Shown here in pieces: positions 23,274 to 32,646 of a DNA stretch of 34,547 nucleotides (positions within the stretch are counted from its first letter, which is position 1; every line of letters begins with the position of its first letter). The position numbers and the translations under genes were made by a program. The DNA is from Christensenella sp. UBA7868 (lineage in GTDB: Bacteria; Bacillota; Clostridia; Christensenellales; UBA1242): assembly GCA_002501285.1 (NCBI GenBank), contig DLSG01000110.1:1-34547 (forward strand). Direction: 5' to 3'. A model generated the notes under the pieces. It was not told the origin of the DNA. It searched no databases and saw nothing but the letters and a program-made list of their open reading frames with translations.

Positions 23274-24825
23274 TTAAATCTATGCTCAATTTCAAATTTG
23301 TGATATACGCCTTATCAATTGTGCTTTTAATTTTTATACCAATTTGTTTGCCCTTTAAGTTTACCCTTATTCGATTTAACGTATCTTTCCCTTTAAGGCT
23401 AAAACTTTTGCTTTCGTTTTCAGTAAAAATAGTAATTTCAGCATCATATTTTGAAAGAATAGTAAAATCTCTAACAAATTTAATTTTATTAGAATATCCA
23501 AGGTCACTTAAAGGAGAAATCCATTCTTTAATAAGTGGTTGGTCAAAAAATTTCCCGTTACTATTAAGTTCCAAAACTCTTTGAGTTTCAACAGAATTTA
23601 AAAGGATTGCAATTTTGTCCATCTTGTTTAATTTTATAGAACACAAACAAGCAATATCAACGCCTCTTAAAATTTCGTATTCATTTGTGCTTGCATTTAA
23701 AATAACCAAAGCATTATTTTTATAACTTGTCTGATTTTCACAACCAATAATGTTGTCATCATCAAAATTAAGTCTGCACGCTAAATAATATTTCCCCGAA
23801 TGAAAAACTGCTTTTGCAAAATCATTATTTTGATTTTTAAGCATTTCGTTTACGCCCAAATTTAAAACCTTACTGGTTACACCATTAAAACTGCAAAGTC
23901 CGTCTTTTGTAAGCATAATCATTTTATCCGAACAAATACAAACTGTGTTTTCATAAATCCTGCTTCCCGACAAACTTAAATGAATAATGTCCAAATTAGA
24001 TTTATTTTCATAGCAAATTATTTTAGTTATTCCATAATCACGAATAGCATAAACATAGTCTAAAAACGAAACAACCTTGTTAATTTTGCCTCTATCGTCA
24101 TTCATCTCAAAAACATTGTTTAAAACATGGGTAATAAACTCCCCAGTTTCTTCGTCAATAATTTCATAAGTTTCAGTGTAACTAGGAAGCCAAGTTGTGA
24201 AATTTGTATCGGCATGATAATACAAAACATTTCTTTCGCCATAACCACTACCGAACAATTTACCCTTGTTTTCACACATACTATTTAGTTGCGGAAAACT
24301 CTCCATTTTTGTTGGATTTCCAAGCCCAGCGAATTTATACATTCCAAGAGTTTCCGATCCAAAAATGGTGTAATCTTTACCATCTTTTTTAATGTTATAA
24401 CTAAAAGTAGGTGGACTGTCGAATGTGTCAGTTACATAATCAAAAATATACGGAAATTCACAAATAATTCTGCTAAAATAAATTCGTTTATCTGCCCCAT
24501 AAAACAATAACTTATCCGTTCTTCCACCATTATCGGCTTCATACATTTTATAAAACCACATAGTTTTAAAGTCCACCCAATCAACATTAGGGGGCTGAAT
24601 CATCGGTGCCAAATCATCATTTACATAATTAGGGCACATTAGATTACTAAAACCATAACCTTCGGTCAAAACGCCTTTTCCATAAGCAAAATTATAAACA
24701 GCAACGCAGTAATTAGGGTCAAGAACATTTTCTTCTTTGTCAAAATTAAGTCCCTTTGAAAAGTCGTTAATTTTAACAACAATTCTTTCGGTTTTAGGTT
24801 TGCTATCACTTTTTTTAACAAACAT
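23251..24825 (-). CDS. Phage structural protein (524 aa), a candidate tail hub/nozzle with a beta-propeller-like sequence
   Basis: I moved the start to the ATG at 24825. SD GAAGGTGG lies 3 nt upstream, and the ATG overlaps the upstream stop as TAATG. The track start at 24879 would add 'MCYAGKKKYCYAKKKVAI' inside the upstream gene. 'INDFSKGLNFDKEENVL' and the repeated G-x-hydrophobic strand pattern are tail-hub-like. The gene sits after the adaptor-size gene. Confidence 0.45.
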   Translation of the reverse strand: MFVKKSDSKPKTERIVVKINDFSKGLNFDKEENVLDPNYCVAVYNFAYGKGVLTEGYGFSNLMCPNYVNDDLAPMIQPPNVDWVDFKTMWFYKMYEADNGGRTDKLLFYGADKRIYFSRIICEFPYIFDYVTDTFDSPPTFSYNIKKDGKDYTIFGSETLGMYKFAGLGNPTKMESFPQLNSMCENKGKLFGSGYGERNVLYYHADTNFTTWLPSYTETYEIIDEETGEFITHVLNNVFEMNDDRGKINKVVSFLDYVYAIRDYGITKIICYENKSNLDIIHLSLSGSRIYENTVCICSDKMIMLTKDGLCSFNGVTSKVLNLGVNEMLKNQNNDFAKAVFHSGKYYLACRLNFDDDNIIGCENQTSYKNNALVILNASTNEYEILRGVDIACLCSIKLNKMDKIAILLNSVETQRVLELNSNGKFFDQPLIKEWISPLSDLGYSNKIKFVRDFTILSKYDAEITIFTENESKSFSLKGKDTLNRIRVNLKGKQIGIKIKSTIDKAYITNLKLSIDLIEYGFNK

Positions 24826-25430
24826 TATAGCCACCTTCTTTTTGGCATAACAATATTTTTTCTTGCCCGCATAGCACATTCTAAACTTTCTTCAAATTTA
24901 GATTTGTAAACTCCACTTTGGTCGTATTCCCCCGAAACATAGCAATATTCTTTATTAAGTCCAAGAGCCAAAACTCTATCCGTCAATTTCCCATTAAAAT
25001 CAGAAACTTCACTATTCAAAGTTGCAAACTCAGGTTTATAGCAATAAACTATTCTATAATTCCCGTCTTTTACATACAAAACATTGTCGTAAATTTCACA
25101 CTTTACTTCAATTCCAAATTTATTTTCAAGCCTGCAAAGTTTATAAAAATCTTTATCTAATTTAGATAAACTAAAACTTCCGCCACTAACTTCAATATTT
25201 TCTACTATTGCCAAAGGAATATAATCAGTTGCAATTTCCTTATAAACAAGATTAAAGCATCTGGTTAAAAGTTCAAGCGTTTTTTCTTCACTCGACTTAA
25301 CTGTCCCTTCGGTTATTTCATTATATTCTTTTTCTATGTCAAAAGTTTCATCATAAATTTTACTTCCGTCCAAAAGTTCATCAAGTCCCAGCATAGTTGA
25401 CGATAATTTCACAATATCTCTAACTTTCAC
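24825..25430 (-). CDS. Phage structural protein (about 201 aa), a candidate head-to-tail adaptor
   Basis: The likely start is the GTG at 25430, preceded by GGAGGA with a 7-nt spacer. The track start, GTG at 25445, is itself part of that SD. In position and size it is analogous to P22 gp4 and T7 gp11. Confidence 0.4.
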   Translation of the reverse strand: MKVRDIVKLSSTMLGLDELLDGSKIYDETFDIEKEYNEITEGTVKSSEEKTLELLTRCFNLVYKEIATDYIPLAIVENIEVSGGSFSLSKLDKDFYKLCRLENKFGIEVKCEIYDNVLYVKDGNYRIVYCYKPEFATLNSEVSDFNGKLTDRVLALGLNKEYCYVSGEYDQSGVYKSKFEESLECAMRARKNIVMPKRRWL

Positions 25431-25431
25431 T

Positions 25432-25698
25432 TTAATTTCCTCCACTTAATTTGTCATTAAATTTATCAATTTCATCAAATATTTCATCAGCGTTTTCAAT
25501 TTTAGTTTTGTTAATTAAATTAATAATCCTGTAATCTAGCGTATCATACGGACACACAAGTTCCAAGGTTAAATTAACTCCTCTTTTAAAATAAATTTCA
25601 AATCTGTGTTTAACAATATTTCTAAAAACTCTGTAACAAGGATTAATTTCTTTAATCTTTCTTACAATATCTAATAAATCGTTTTCAATTTCGTTCAT
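25432..25698 (-). CDS. Small phage protein (88 aa), function unknown
   Basis: SD TGGAG. Lies between the capsid and adaptor-size genes. Confidence 0.5.
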   Translation of the reverse strand: MNEIENDLLDIVRKIKEINPCYRVFRNIVKHRFEIYFKRGVNLTLELVCPYDTLDYRIINLINKTKIENADEIFDEIDKFNDKLSGGN

Positions 25699-25717
25699 TT
25701 TAACTCCATTATTAGTT

Positions 25718-25744
25718 AAGGCTGAAAAATAAAATTTCAGCCTT
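25718..25744 (-). promoter_or_regulatory. 10-bp stem-loop immediately after the major capsid gene, without a U-tract
   Basis: AAGGCTGAAA (25718-25727), loop AATAAAA, TTTCAGCCTT (25735-25744). It lies between the capsid stop at 25768 and the next start at 25698. Confidence 0.6.
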
Positions 25745-25767
25745 CCTAATAAATATTTTAGTGTAAA

Positions 25768-26934
25768 CTATTTAGTAATTCCGCTAATTTTTGCTTGACC
25801 ACAAGGTTTAGAGCAAATTAAATCAGCATATTTAACAAGAGTAGCAGTATAAGCAGGATAACCAGGTTTTTGACGAATTATTTTTCCGCCTTCGTCTTCA
25901 AGCCATCTCCAATCACATAGTTGATGTAGTTCAAAATCTTTTGTAGAAAGCAAATACATAGTTCCATCAGCAACAAATCTATCATTAACAACAGGAATAC
26001 CGTTATAAGAAAGTGCTTTAAATCCTCCTTGTAAATCCATAACATCAATGTTACTTCTGCAAGCAGTTAATAATTTTTGATAAATTCTTCTAACATCGTT
26101 AGAACAAGTAATATAATCAACAACACTTCCGCCAATTTCATCAATATCGTCAATACAATTTTGCATTAAGTCTTCTGTAAGTTTTCCATCCGTTGCAGTT
26201 TTCTTAACAGGGCTCATCCAACTATAATCTGCTTTTGTTACGCCATAAAGAGAAGTGATAGAATCATCAAAAATTGCCCCAAGACCAGTAATTTCTTGAT
26301 TTAAACTATTTTGCATAGCAAGATAATAAGTATCATTTCCCATAGTGATTGAATTAGATTCACTTAAATAAACCTTTTTATTTGCTCTGTCTATTTTTGT
26401 TATTCTTGCAGTTAAACTAGCGGCAGAGTTTCCAGTTTTAAATAGTTGAACCATTTGTCCTTCCATTAAATTTTTAACGCTACCAACTGTAACATTATTT
26501 GCCGCAATTGCACTAACATCAGCAAGTTTACCAGTGCCATCACCAAATAGCATTCTAGAAAAGTTGAAGTTAGATGCTTTAATTAAGCCTTCCATTTCTG
26601 CATTTAATAAATTTACAAAAGCGCCTGCATTGCTTTCACTTGCTCTTATTGCTTTGTCGGAAATTTCAATTACGCCATACAAATTTTTTAAACTTGTAAC
26701 AAATTTAACATAATTGTTTCCCGCACTTTCTGGAAGGGCGCCAGTTTCAGTGCCAGCGCCAACACCACCATTAACACCAAAAGTTGTTAATTTAATAATT
26801 TCTTTGCCCCAAACATCATTGCTTGTTTGTTTAATTCTTGCTAAAAGCGGATTAGCCTTAATATTTAACGCTTCGCTAACAACATCAAGATAGGCATCTT
26901 TTAATGCATTTTGAGCATTATCAATAGTAACCAT
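25768..26934 (-). CDS. Major capsid protein, HK97-fold-like (388 aa)
   Basis: It follows the scaffold gene. Its size and sequence are typical of the Phage_capsid family ('LYGVIEISDKAIRAS', 'GIPVVNDRFV'). SD AAGGAGA. Confidence 0.75.
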   Translation of the reverse strand: MVTIDNAQNALKDAYLDVVSEALNIKANPLLARIKQTSNDVWGKEIIKLTTFGVNGGVGAGTETGALPESAGNNYVKFVTSLKNLYGVIEISDKAIRASESNAGAFVNLLNAEMEGLIKASNFNFSRMLFGDGTGKLADVSAIAANNVTVGSVKNLMEGQMVQLFKTGNSAASLTARITKIDRANKKVYLSESNSITMGNDTYYLAMQNSLNQEITGLGAIFDDSITSLYGVTKADYSWMSPVKKTATDGKLTEDLMQNCIDDIDEIGGSVVDYITCSNDVRRIYQKLLTACRSNIDVMDLQGGFKALSYNGIPVVNDRFVADGTMYLLSTKDFELHQLCDWRWLEDEGGKIIRQKPGYPAYTATLVKYADLICSKPCGQAKISGITK

Positions 26935-26943
26935 AATTTCTCC

Positions 26944-27600
26944 TTATTTTTTCAAAATGTGCATTGCAAATTTTCCCGCCTCGGATAAATCTTTTGGCTT
27001 AAATTTGGGGCTAGAAACAACATTTGTTCCCACCCCGCCAGAAATTAATTGCACATTTTTTCCATTTTTCAAATTTAACAAATAATCTTCAATAATTTTG
27101 TTTTTAATTTTTTCATTGTTATAAACAAACTCGTTCAAAAATTCTTCGTCATTTGCTAATTGTTCTTTGGGCACAAAATTTTGTTTAAGCACCCTAGAGT
27201 ACGCAAGTTCCAAAGCATCATCTTTTTTAGCCAAATCTTCATCAGAAATTAAGATTTCAGCAATTTGTTTAACATAATTTTTGGCATTTTCATTTTGGGC
27301 TAAAAACTCGCCAGTTTTTTTAAGCCAATCTTCTCTTTCATATTGTGGCAGAACAGTTTCAGATTTTTCTTTATCTTCTTCTGTTTTATTGCCTGAAAGT
27401 GCACTCAACTTTTGACACTTTTTAGTAAATTCTTTTTCCAAATTTTCATAAGCCTTCAAAAGTTCTTCTGTGCTTTTAAATTTTGAAGAGCCAGTAAGCG
27501 ATAAATCGTCCGTTTCGTTTTTTTCTAATTTTTCATCAAGCGTTCCTGCTTTAAGGTTGACATTTTCGCTGTCTAGTTGTTCTCCAATGTTTTCTATCAT
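26944..27600 (-). CDS. Phage scaffolding protein (218 aa)
   Basis: Acidic, K/E-rich and helical. Lies between portal and capsid. SD AGGAGA overlaps the portal stop. Confidence 0.65.
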   Translation of the reverse strand: MIENIGEQLDSENVNLKAGTLDEKLEKNETDDLSLTGSSKFKSTEELLKAYENLEKEFTKKCQKLSALSGNKTEEDKEKSETVLPQYEREDWLKKTGEFLAQNENAKNYVKQIAEILISDEDLAKKDDALELAYSRVLKQNFVPKEQLANDEEFLNEFVYNNEKIKNKIIEDYLLNLKNGKNVQLISGGVGTNVVSSPKFKPKDLSEAGKFAMHILKK

Positions 27601-27611
27601 AATAAAATCTC

Positions 27612-29489
27612 CTAATTCAAAATTTCTTGTTGTTTTTCTTTTCTTAACAACTCTTTATGTTTTTCAATATGGCAAAGCATAACTTCTTTAATTTGTGGCA
27701 TAACTTTTTCCGCTTTCGCATATTCTTCGCCAAGCATAAAAGCGATATGTTCATCAATGTGAAGTTCATGATTGTCAATAACCAAAGGCTCGTCAATTTT
27801 AGCATTTTTAACCGCACTCAAATTTTCTTTTCCCGCCTTTTTCATGTGAAGTTCTTCAAGGTCATATTGATTATCCCACATACCAAATCCCAGCATTTCA
27901 AGAGTTTTTGCTTTAATTCTCGTTGTCAATTTGCCGTCCTCGTTAGAAAGCAAACCTTTTTCTAAAAGTTCAAAAATTAAACTGCGTTTTTGCGCTTTCG
28001 TTTCCCCAATTTCATTTTCAGTTTGAAACACAATATCATCACTAGAAATGTCACTATTTCCGAAATAAAACATTTCTATGCTTCCGTCTTTACCAATAAC
28101 TTTTGCTATTCTAACAGAATTTACAAATTGTTTATAAAGTCTTAAAATATTTGCAGCAATACATTTAATTGCAAACTTAATTTGGTCAGACGAAACATTT
28201 AATCTATTACTATCTTGTTCAAGTAAAAGTTCAAGAGTAACACCCGATAAATTGTTCTTATTAATGTTTTTAATCATTAAATCCGAAACCCCACTAATCG
28301 AGGTAAATTCTTCAAGCAACTTATCTTCTTCTTCCTTAAAATCAGAAGGGATTGTCCCATTATCCATAATTTTAGGAGCGTTACTTCCTTGCCTATACAC
28401 CAAAACCTTTCCTGGGCACAAACCTTCCTCTTCAAGATTTTCGCAGTCCACAGACCCATCTTCAACAGTCAAAATTCCCATCGAAAGCCTGTTTAAATAT
28501 TCGTGTTTACGATTTTTAACAGCGTTATAACTTCTTTGAACAGGAATAATTCTTTCAATTATGCTTGTTCCAAAAAAACAATTTGGTTTTTTAATTGAAA
28601 CTTGCTTAATAAATGGAAAACCTCTTTTACCATCTTCTCGGTTTACAAAAGGTAAAATTCCGTCATACACAAGCGTTTTCCCTGCAACAATAATTAACCT
28701 TCCGTCAGGATATTCGCTTGTTGGAGCAACATATTTTTCAATAACAAGAACTTGGTCATGTTTAATCATGCTTTTCATCTTGCTTTTTTCCACCATGCTT
28801 GTTTCTACATCATCTAAACTAAACACATCAATATCGCTTCCCAGTTCTTCCACGCCCCAAATTTTCTTAACCACATCTTGATGATAACTTTTTGCATGAA
28901 TAATACTCATACAATCATCAACATTTTCATAACTTGTGCTGTCTGGAAAAATTTCAAACGGCGAAACAACTTCTACATCAACATCACCTTCAAAAACATC
29001 TTCGCCGTCAACCACGCCAACTTTCTTGCCTTTTTGGCTGTTCCAAAACACTTTGTAAATTCCTGTTCCACAAATTTCACTAAAATGAGTGCAACTAGCA
29101 ATCTTGTCACTAATATTCAATTTGTGATAAACACAGTTAATCAAGTTTTTCGACACCTTCGCAGTAGAAATATCTTCTTCGCTATTGGTCGCTGGAACAA
29201 CACTCATTGCTGGTCTAATTTGTCCAAGTTTAGCAATTCTACTTTCAACAACTGGCGCAATATGGTTAAAAACTTCTCTTTCTTGCCAAAAATATTGTTT
29301 ATCAAAATCTTCAACATCGCTTCTAACAACCATACAATACTGGTCGCCATACAAAAAGTTCATATTTAAAATCCACTGGGCTTCAATCGGTTTTCGTTCA
29401 AGTTGTCTTGCTTTAAAATCTTCAATAGTTTCTTTAACCAAGTTTTCTTTATACTTATCAACAACTTTTTTAGAAATCTTATTTTTCAT
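27612..29489 (-). CDS. Phage portal protein (625 aa)
   Basis: Assigned by size and position between the terminase and scaffold genes. SD AGGAGA. Confidence 0.7.
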   Translation of the reverse strand: MKNKISKKVVDKYKENLVKETIEDFKARQLERKPIEAQWILNMNFLYGDQYCMVVRSDVEDFDKQYFWQEREVFNHIAPVVESRIAKLGQIRPAMSVVPATNSEEDISTAKVSKNLINCVYHKLNISDKIASCTHFSEICGTGIYKVFWNSQKGKKVGVVDGEDVFEGDVDVEVVSPFEIFPDSTSYENVDDCMSIIHAKSYHQDVVKKIWGVEELGSDIDVFSLDDVETSMVEKSKMKSMIKHDQVLVIEKYVAPTSEYPDGRLIIVAGKTLVYDGILPFVNREDGKRGFPFIKQVSIKKPNCFFGTSIIERIIPVQRSYNAVKNRKHEYLNRLSMGILTVEDGSVDCENLEEEGLCPGKVLVYRQGSNAPKIMDNGTIPSDFKEEEDKLLEEFTSISGVSDLMIKNINKNNLSGVTLELLLEQDSNRLNVSSDQIKFAIKCIAANILRLYKQFVNSVRIAKVIGKDGSIEMFYFGNSDISSDDIVFQTENEIGETKAQKRSLIFELLEKGLLSNEDGKLTTRIKAKTLEMLGFGMWDNQYDLEELHMKKAGKENLSAVKNAKIDEPLVIDNHELHIDEHIAFMLGEEYAKAEKVMPQIKEVMLCHIEKHKELLRKEKQQEILN

Positions 29490-29497
29490 ATTTTCTC

Positions 29498-29800
29498 CTA
29501 AATTTTATTTTCTTCTTTAAGTTTTTCAATCAATTTATCTCTTTCAATTAAAAGTTCTTCATCGGTCATTTCAGTCAGTTCACTTTCTTTAAAGCCTGCT
29601 TGCATTTCAAGCAAAACTTTAACCGCACTAATATCTGGTGGAATATTTTTTTTCGTAACTTTACGTTTCGTTAAAACCATCTTGCCCTCTTCTTCTTTGC
29701 AAAATTCTTCCGTCACTTCCTTGTTTAAATATCCAAGAGCCCGTTTTATTAACGCTTTATTAAGTTTTTTGTTATATTCTTCTTTTTCCATATCTTTCAT
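29498..29800 (-). CDS. Small phage protein (100 aa) with a terminase-small-subunit-like C-terminal motif
   Basis: 'KRKVTKKNIPPDISAVKVLLEMQ' resembles the K..lPPd..A..f.L motif I recall from some TerS proteins. Overlaps the TerL 3' end by 29 nt. Confidence 0.3.
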   Translation of the reverse strand: MKDMEKEEYNKKLNKALIKRALGYLNKEVTEEFCKEEEGKMVLTKRKVTKKNIPPDISAVKVLLEMQAGFKESELTEMTDEELLIERDKLIEKLKEENKI

Positions 29801-31211
29801 TTTTTGCCTTTCTAAATAATCTTTCTTTATCTTTTTGAATACTGTTTTTTGTGGTTTTTAAATGGTTTTCTGGGTTACTCATAACATAATATCGAAGTTC
29901 GTCCATAGCATGGTCATCTTTTTTAATCGGGCAATCACCATTTCCCCAAAAATAGCCTTTAATTTCTCTAATCATATTTACGCAGTTTTTAAAAATGTAA
30001 AGTTTTCTTTCGCCCATGCTATTACAAATTAAACTTTTAACCCTGTTTATCCCACTAAATAAATCTTTATTAACATTCGTATTTACACAAATTCCATAAT
30101 CATAAAACAGTTGAGCCACACTTTTTTGACACGCAAGTGTCGTTTGATTTGCCGCACTATCAATTAATGCTGAAAGTTTTCCATTTCCAAGTCTTGGCCA
30201 GTTTAACCTATCCGCAATTTCCAAAATTTTTTTACTATGATATTCCATATCCTTGTCCGCCTGATAATGTTCGTCAATAACATAAATATTTCCGTCAAAG
30301 TCAACCGCATAAAAATGACAAGAAAGCGGATTTCTAAAACCTGGGTCAATACTTATATTGTCATACCATTCTTTTGGACAATCAAATGGTTCAATAACAT
30401 TAATTCTTTCATCAAAATTATTGTAAACAAGCCCGCCACTAAAACTAAATTTCCCGTCACATCTACTTTCAAGTTCGTCACTACTCATAGTCTTTTTTAA
30501 TGCATCAATTTCTTTCGAATCTAAAAACGGATTATCTTTCCAACTTAAAAATTCGCACCAAACTTCATCATCTTGATTTTCATTCAAATAAATTGTGTTA
30601 TAAACCCAAGTCAGCCCTTTAAGCGGTGTCATAGTCCCAAAAATTTCTCCACACTTATCAATAACTCTCATCTTACATTCAATATAAATATCTTGCGGAG
30701 GTTCTTCATCAAACCACACAAAATCTAAACTTGTTCCCTGAAATTTTTCTCTTCCCTGGTCACAACTTTTAAAACCAATCGTGCTAATCCCACCAAACAC
30801 ATTTTTAATTAAAATCTTATCAATAACGCCACATTCCAAACTATCTTTTCTGCCACTTATCATCACAATATCTTCAATCCAGTCGGGGTTTAAATAATGC
30901 AAAATTTTGCTTTGAGCAACATCTCTTTGAACTTGCGTAGATAAACTAACAACCCAGCCCTTAACATTCGGTTTATTTTGCTTATATGGGTGAATACCCC
31001 TTGCCAAATAAATTGCTTCGACGGCTCCACATTCGGTTTTGCCCGTTCGGTTCCCGCCAAACACCCACCTGTTTTTTTTGTTACATTTATGAAACAACAC
31101 TTGTTTTTCATGAATTTTTTCACCCGTGTTATACGAAAAAATTTTATTATTTTCTTTTCGCCTTAAAATTTCCTTGTCAATCAAATTAAGTTTTTCTATA
31201 AGTTCTTTCAT
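29772..31211 (-). CDS. terL: Terminase large subunit (479 aa)
   Basis: Walker A 'FGGNRTGKTE', Walker B-like 'SLDFVWFDEEP', and a C-terminal nuclease-like region 'DDHAMDELRY'. Confidence 0.85.
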   Translation of the reverse strand: MKELIEKLNLIDKEILRRKENNKIFSYNTGEKIHEKQVLFHKCNKKNRWVFGGNRTGKTECGAVEAIYLARGIHPYKQNKPNVKGWVVSLSTQVQRDVAQSKILHYLNPDWIEDIVMISGRKDSLECGVIDKILIKNVFGGISTIGFKSCDQGREKFQGTSLDFVWFDEEPPQDIYIECKMRVIDKCGEIFGTMTPLKGLTWVYNTIYLNENQDDEVWCEFLSWKDNPFLDSKEIDALKKTMSSDELESRCDGKFSFSGGLVYNNFDERINVIEPFDCPKEWYDNISIDPGFRNPLSCHFYAVDFDGNIYVIDEHYQADKDMEYHSKKILEIADRLNWPRLGNGKLSALIDSAANQTTLACQKSVAQLFYDYGICVNTNVNKDLFSGINRVKSLICNSMGERKLYIFKNCVNMIREIKGYFWGNGDCPIKKDDHAMDELRYYVMSNPENHLKTTKNSIQKDKERLFRKAKNERYGKRRI

Positions 31212-31312
31212 ATCTTCCCCACAGTTCTTAATGTTAGCCTTAAATTTTTGGCTATAAAAATTAAAATTGTATAAAATTATATTTATCGCAATATTATTAT
31301 TAAGAGGATAAT

Positions 31313-32044
31313 TTGAAAAAACATCTTATAGTTTTATGTTTAATACTTTATGTTATAGTTGGCGGAATTTTGCTTTCAAAATCCGAAAACCAACTATTTT
31401 TAGCCAGTGCAAATCAAGACAAACCCATTTATGCTAAAATTTCAGTTATAAACACGCCTCTTTTAAAAACTCCTTCAAACATTGAAGATTATTCAAATGT
31501 ATATTTTTTGCTTGAAGAAACCTATTTTGTCAAAATTCTTTCAAAAATTAATTCAAATTTTTATTATGTCGATTACAATGATATTCACGGTTATGTAAAT
31601 TCGGCAAAACTAACACTTGTCAACGAGCAAATTGAAAACCCGTTCTTAACAAACATAAAATTTAAAATTTCAAAAGAATGTTATTTGTTTTCCGAACCTA
31701 AAAATCTTGAAAAAAATCAAATTCAAAAACTTTCTCTCGACACAAATGTCACTTTTATAGGGAAAATTTTTTCAGACGAAATCTTCAAAAACAGCGGAAA
31801 CGAATGGTATTACAGCAAAGTTTCCACTCCTAGTGGCGACATTTACGGTTATATTCACAGTGCAAACACTTCGAATTTATCTCCAATAGATAAAAATAAC
31901 GAATACTCAACAACTCTCATTTCTTCCGAGCAAAACTCTCTTTTAAATTTAAGCGTAAAAACTCAATCAATAGTAATAACAATAATAAGCATTCCAATAA
32001 TTTTTTTACTTTTTATATTTTTAAAAGGTTTTAAAAAAGTTTAA
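31313..32044 (+). CDS. Membrane protein with two SH3b-like domains, an N-terminal signal anchor and a C-terminal TM helix (243 aa), TTG start
   Basis: SD AAGAGGA 4 nt upstream of the TTG at 31313. 'FYYVDYNDIHGYVNSAKL' and 'EWYYSKVSTPSGDIYGYIHSANT' are SH3_3-type motifs. C-terminal TM 'IVITIISIPIIFLLFIFL'. Confidence 0.55.
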   Translation: MKKHLIVLCLILYVIVGGILLSKSENQLFLASANQDKPIYAKISVINTPLLKTPSNIEDYSNVYFLLEETYFVKILSKINSNFYYVDYNDIHGYVNSAKLTLVNEQIENPFLTNIKFKISKECYLFSEPKNLEKNQIQKLSLDTNVTFIGKIFSDEIFKNSGNEWYYSKVSTPSGDIYGYIHSANTSNLSPIDKNNEYSTTLISSEQNSLLNLSVKTQSIVITIISIPIIFLLFIFLKGFKKV

Positions 32045-32595
32045 ACATAGCCAAATTTTTTGTTTACTGCCAAATTATGAACTGCCAAACTAAAAATACT
32101 TGAATTAGAAATATCTGGTTCAGCCTTTTTAGAAATTTCTTTTTCATAATACTCATTAAATAAAAACAAAATCCATTTTTCGTTTTTAATAAGTTTAATT
32201 ATTTTGTTTTCGTCATATCCAAAGGTTAAAAGATTAGAAGCAAATCCACAAATTGCCTCATTGTATTTTCTATAATAAGTACGTCTTTTTAAATCAAGCG
32301 CCTTCATTACCATATCGTGCGACATTTTGTCCACAAACCTAAGTGTTAAAATTTTACATTCTGTATCATCAAGCGAAAGTAACATTTTTTCAATTAAAAC
32401 CTTAATATTAACAAGCGTTACTTTCCTATCTGTAATATTAATAATTCTCTGCATTTCTCTAAAAGTGTTGTCAAACCCATAAAAATTACAACTATTTAAT
32501 GCAAAATTCTCCACAATTTTGTCAATTTCATTTGTTAAACTAAACAAACAATCATAAACATTAAGCAATGTTTTGCTCCAAACTTTTAATCTCAT
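32041..32595 (-). CDS. ArpU / sigma-70 region-4-like phage late-gene transcriptional regulator (184 aa from the ATG at 32595)
   Basis: 'ECKILTLRFVDKMSHDMVMKALDLKRRTYYRKYNEAICGFASNL' is patterned like ArpU and sigma region 4. SD AGGAGGG lies 3 nt upstream of the ATG at 32595. The track GTG at 32640 coincides with the predicted transcription start. Confidence 0.5.
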   Translation of the reverse strand: MRLKVWSKTLLNVYDCLFSLTNEIDKIVENFALNSCNFYGFDNTFREMQRIINITDRKVTLVNIKVLIEKMLLSLDDTECKILTLRFVDKMSHDMVMKALDLKRRTYYRKYNEAICGFASNLLTFGYDENKIIKLIKNEKWILFLFNEYYEKEISKKAEPDISNSSIFSLAVHNLAVNKKFGYV

Positions 32596-32646
32596 AAACC
32601 CTCCTAATAGTGCGATTAAACAGGCATTTTTTTGCCTCACACAACA

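Noticed and set aside
24826-24879. N-terminal extension 'MCYAGKKKYCYAKKKVAI' of track ORF 23251-24879
   Set aside because: It lies within the upstream gene's coding region in another frame. A better start (SD plus ATG at 24825, TAATG overlap) exists.
27657-31189. Many antisense ORFs of 60-160 aa within the portal and terminase genes (for example 27657-27965, 28878-29369, 29185-29520, 30237-30500, 30978-31189)
   Set aside because: Their translations are low-complexity and F/N/K-rich, as expected for the reverse strand of AT-rich genes. They overlap well-supported CDSs and have no SDs.
32621-32637. Small hairpin AGGCA-A7-TGCCT in the regulator 5' UTR
   Set aside because: The stem is 4-5 bp, too weak to interpret.
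32596-32640. GTG start at 32640 for the regulator ORF, adding 'MRQKNACLIALLGGF'
   Set aside because: It coincides with the predicted transcription start of the TTGACT/TATAAT promoter and has no SD. The ATG at 32595 has AGGAGGG directly upstream.
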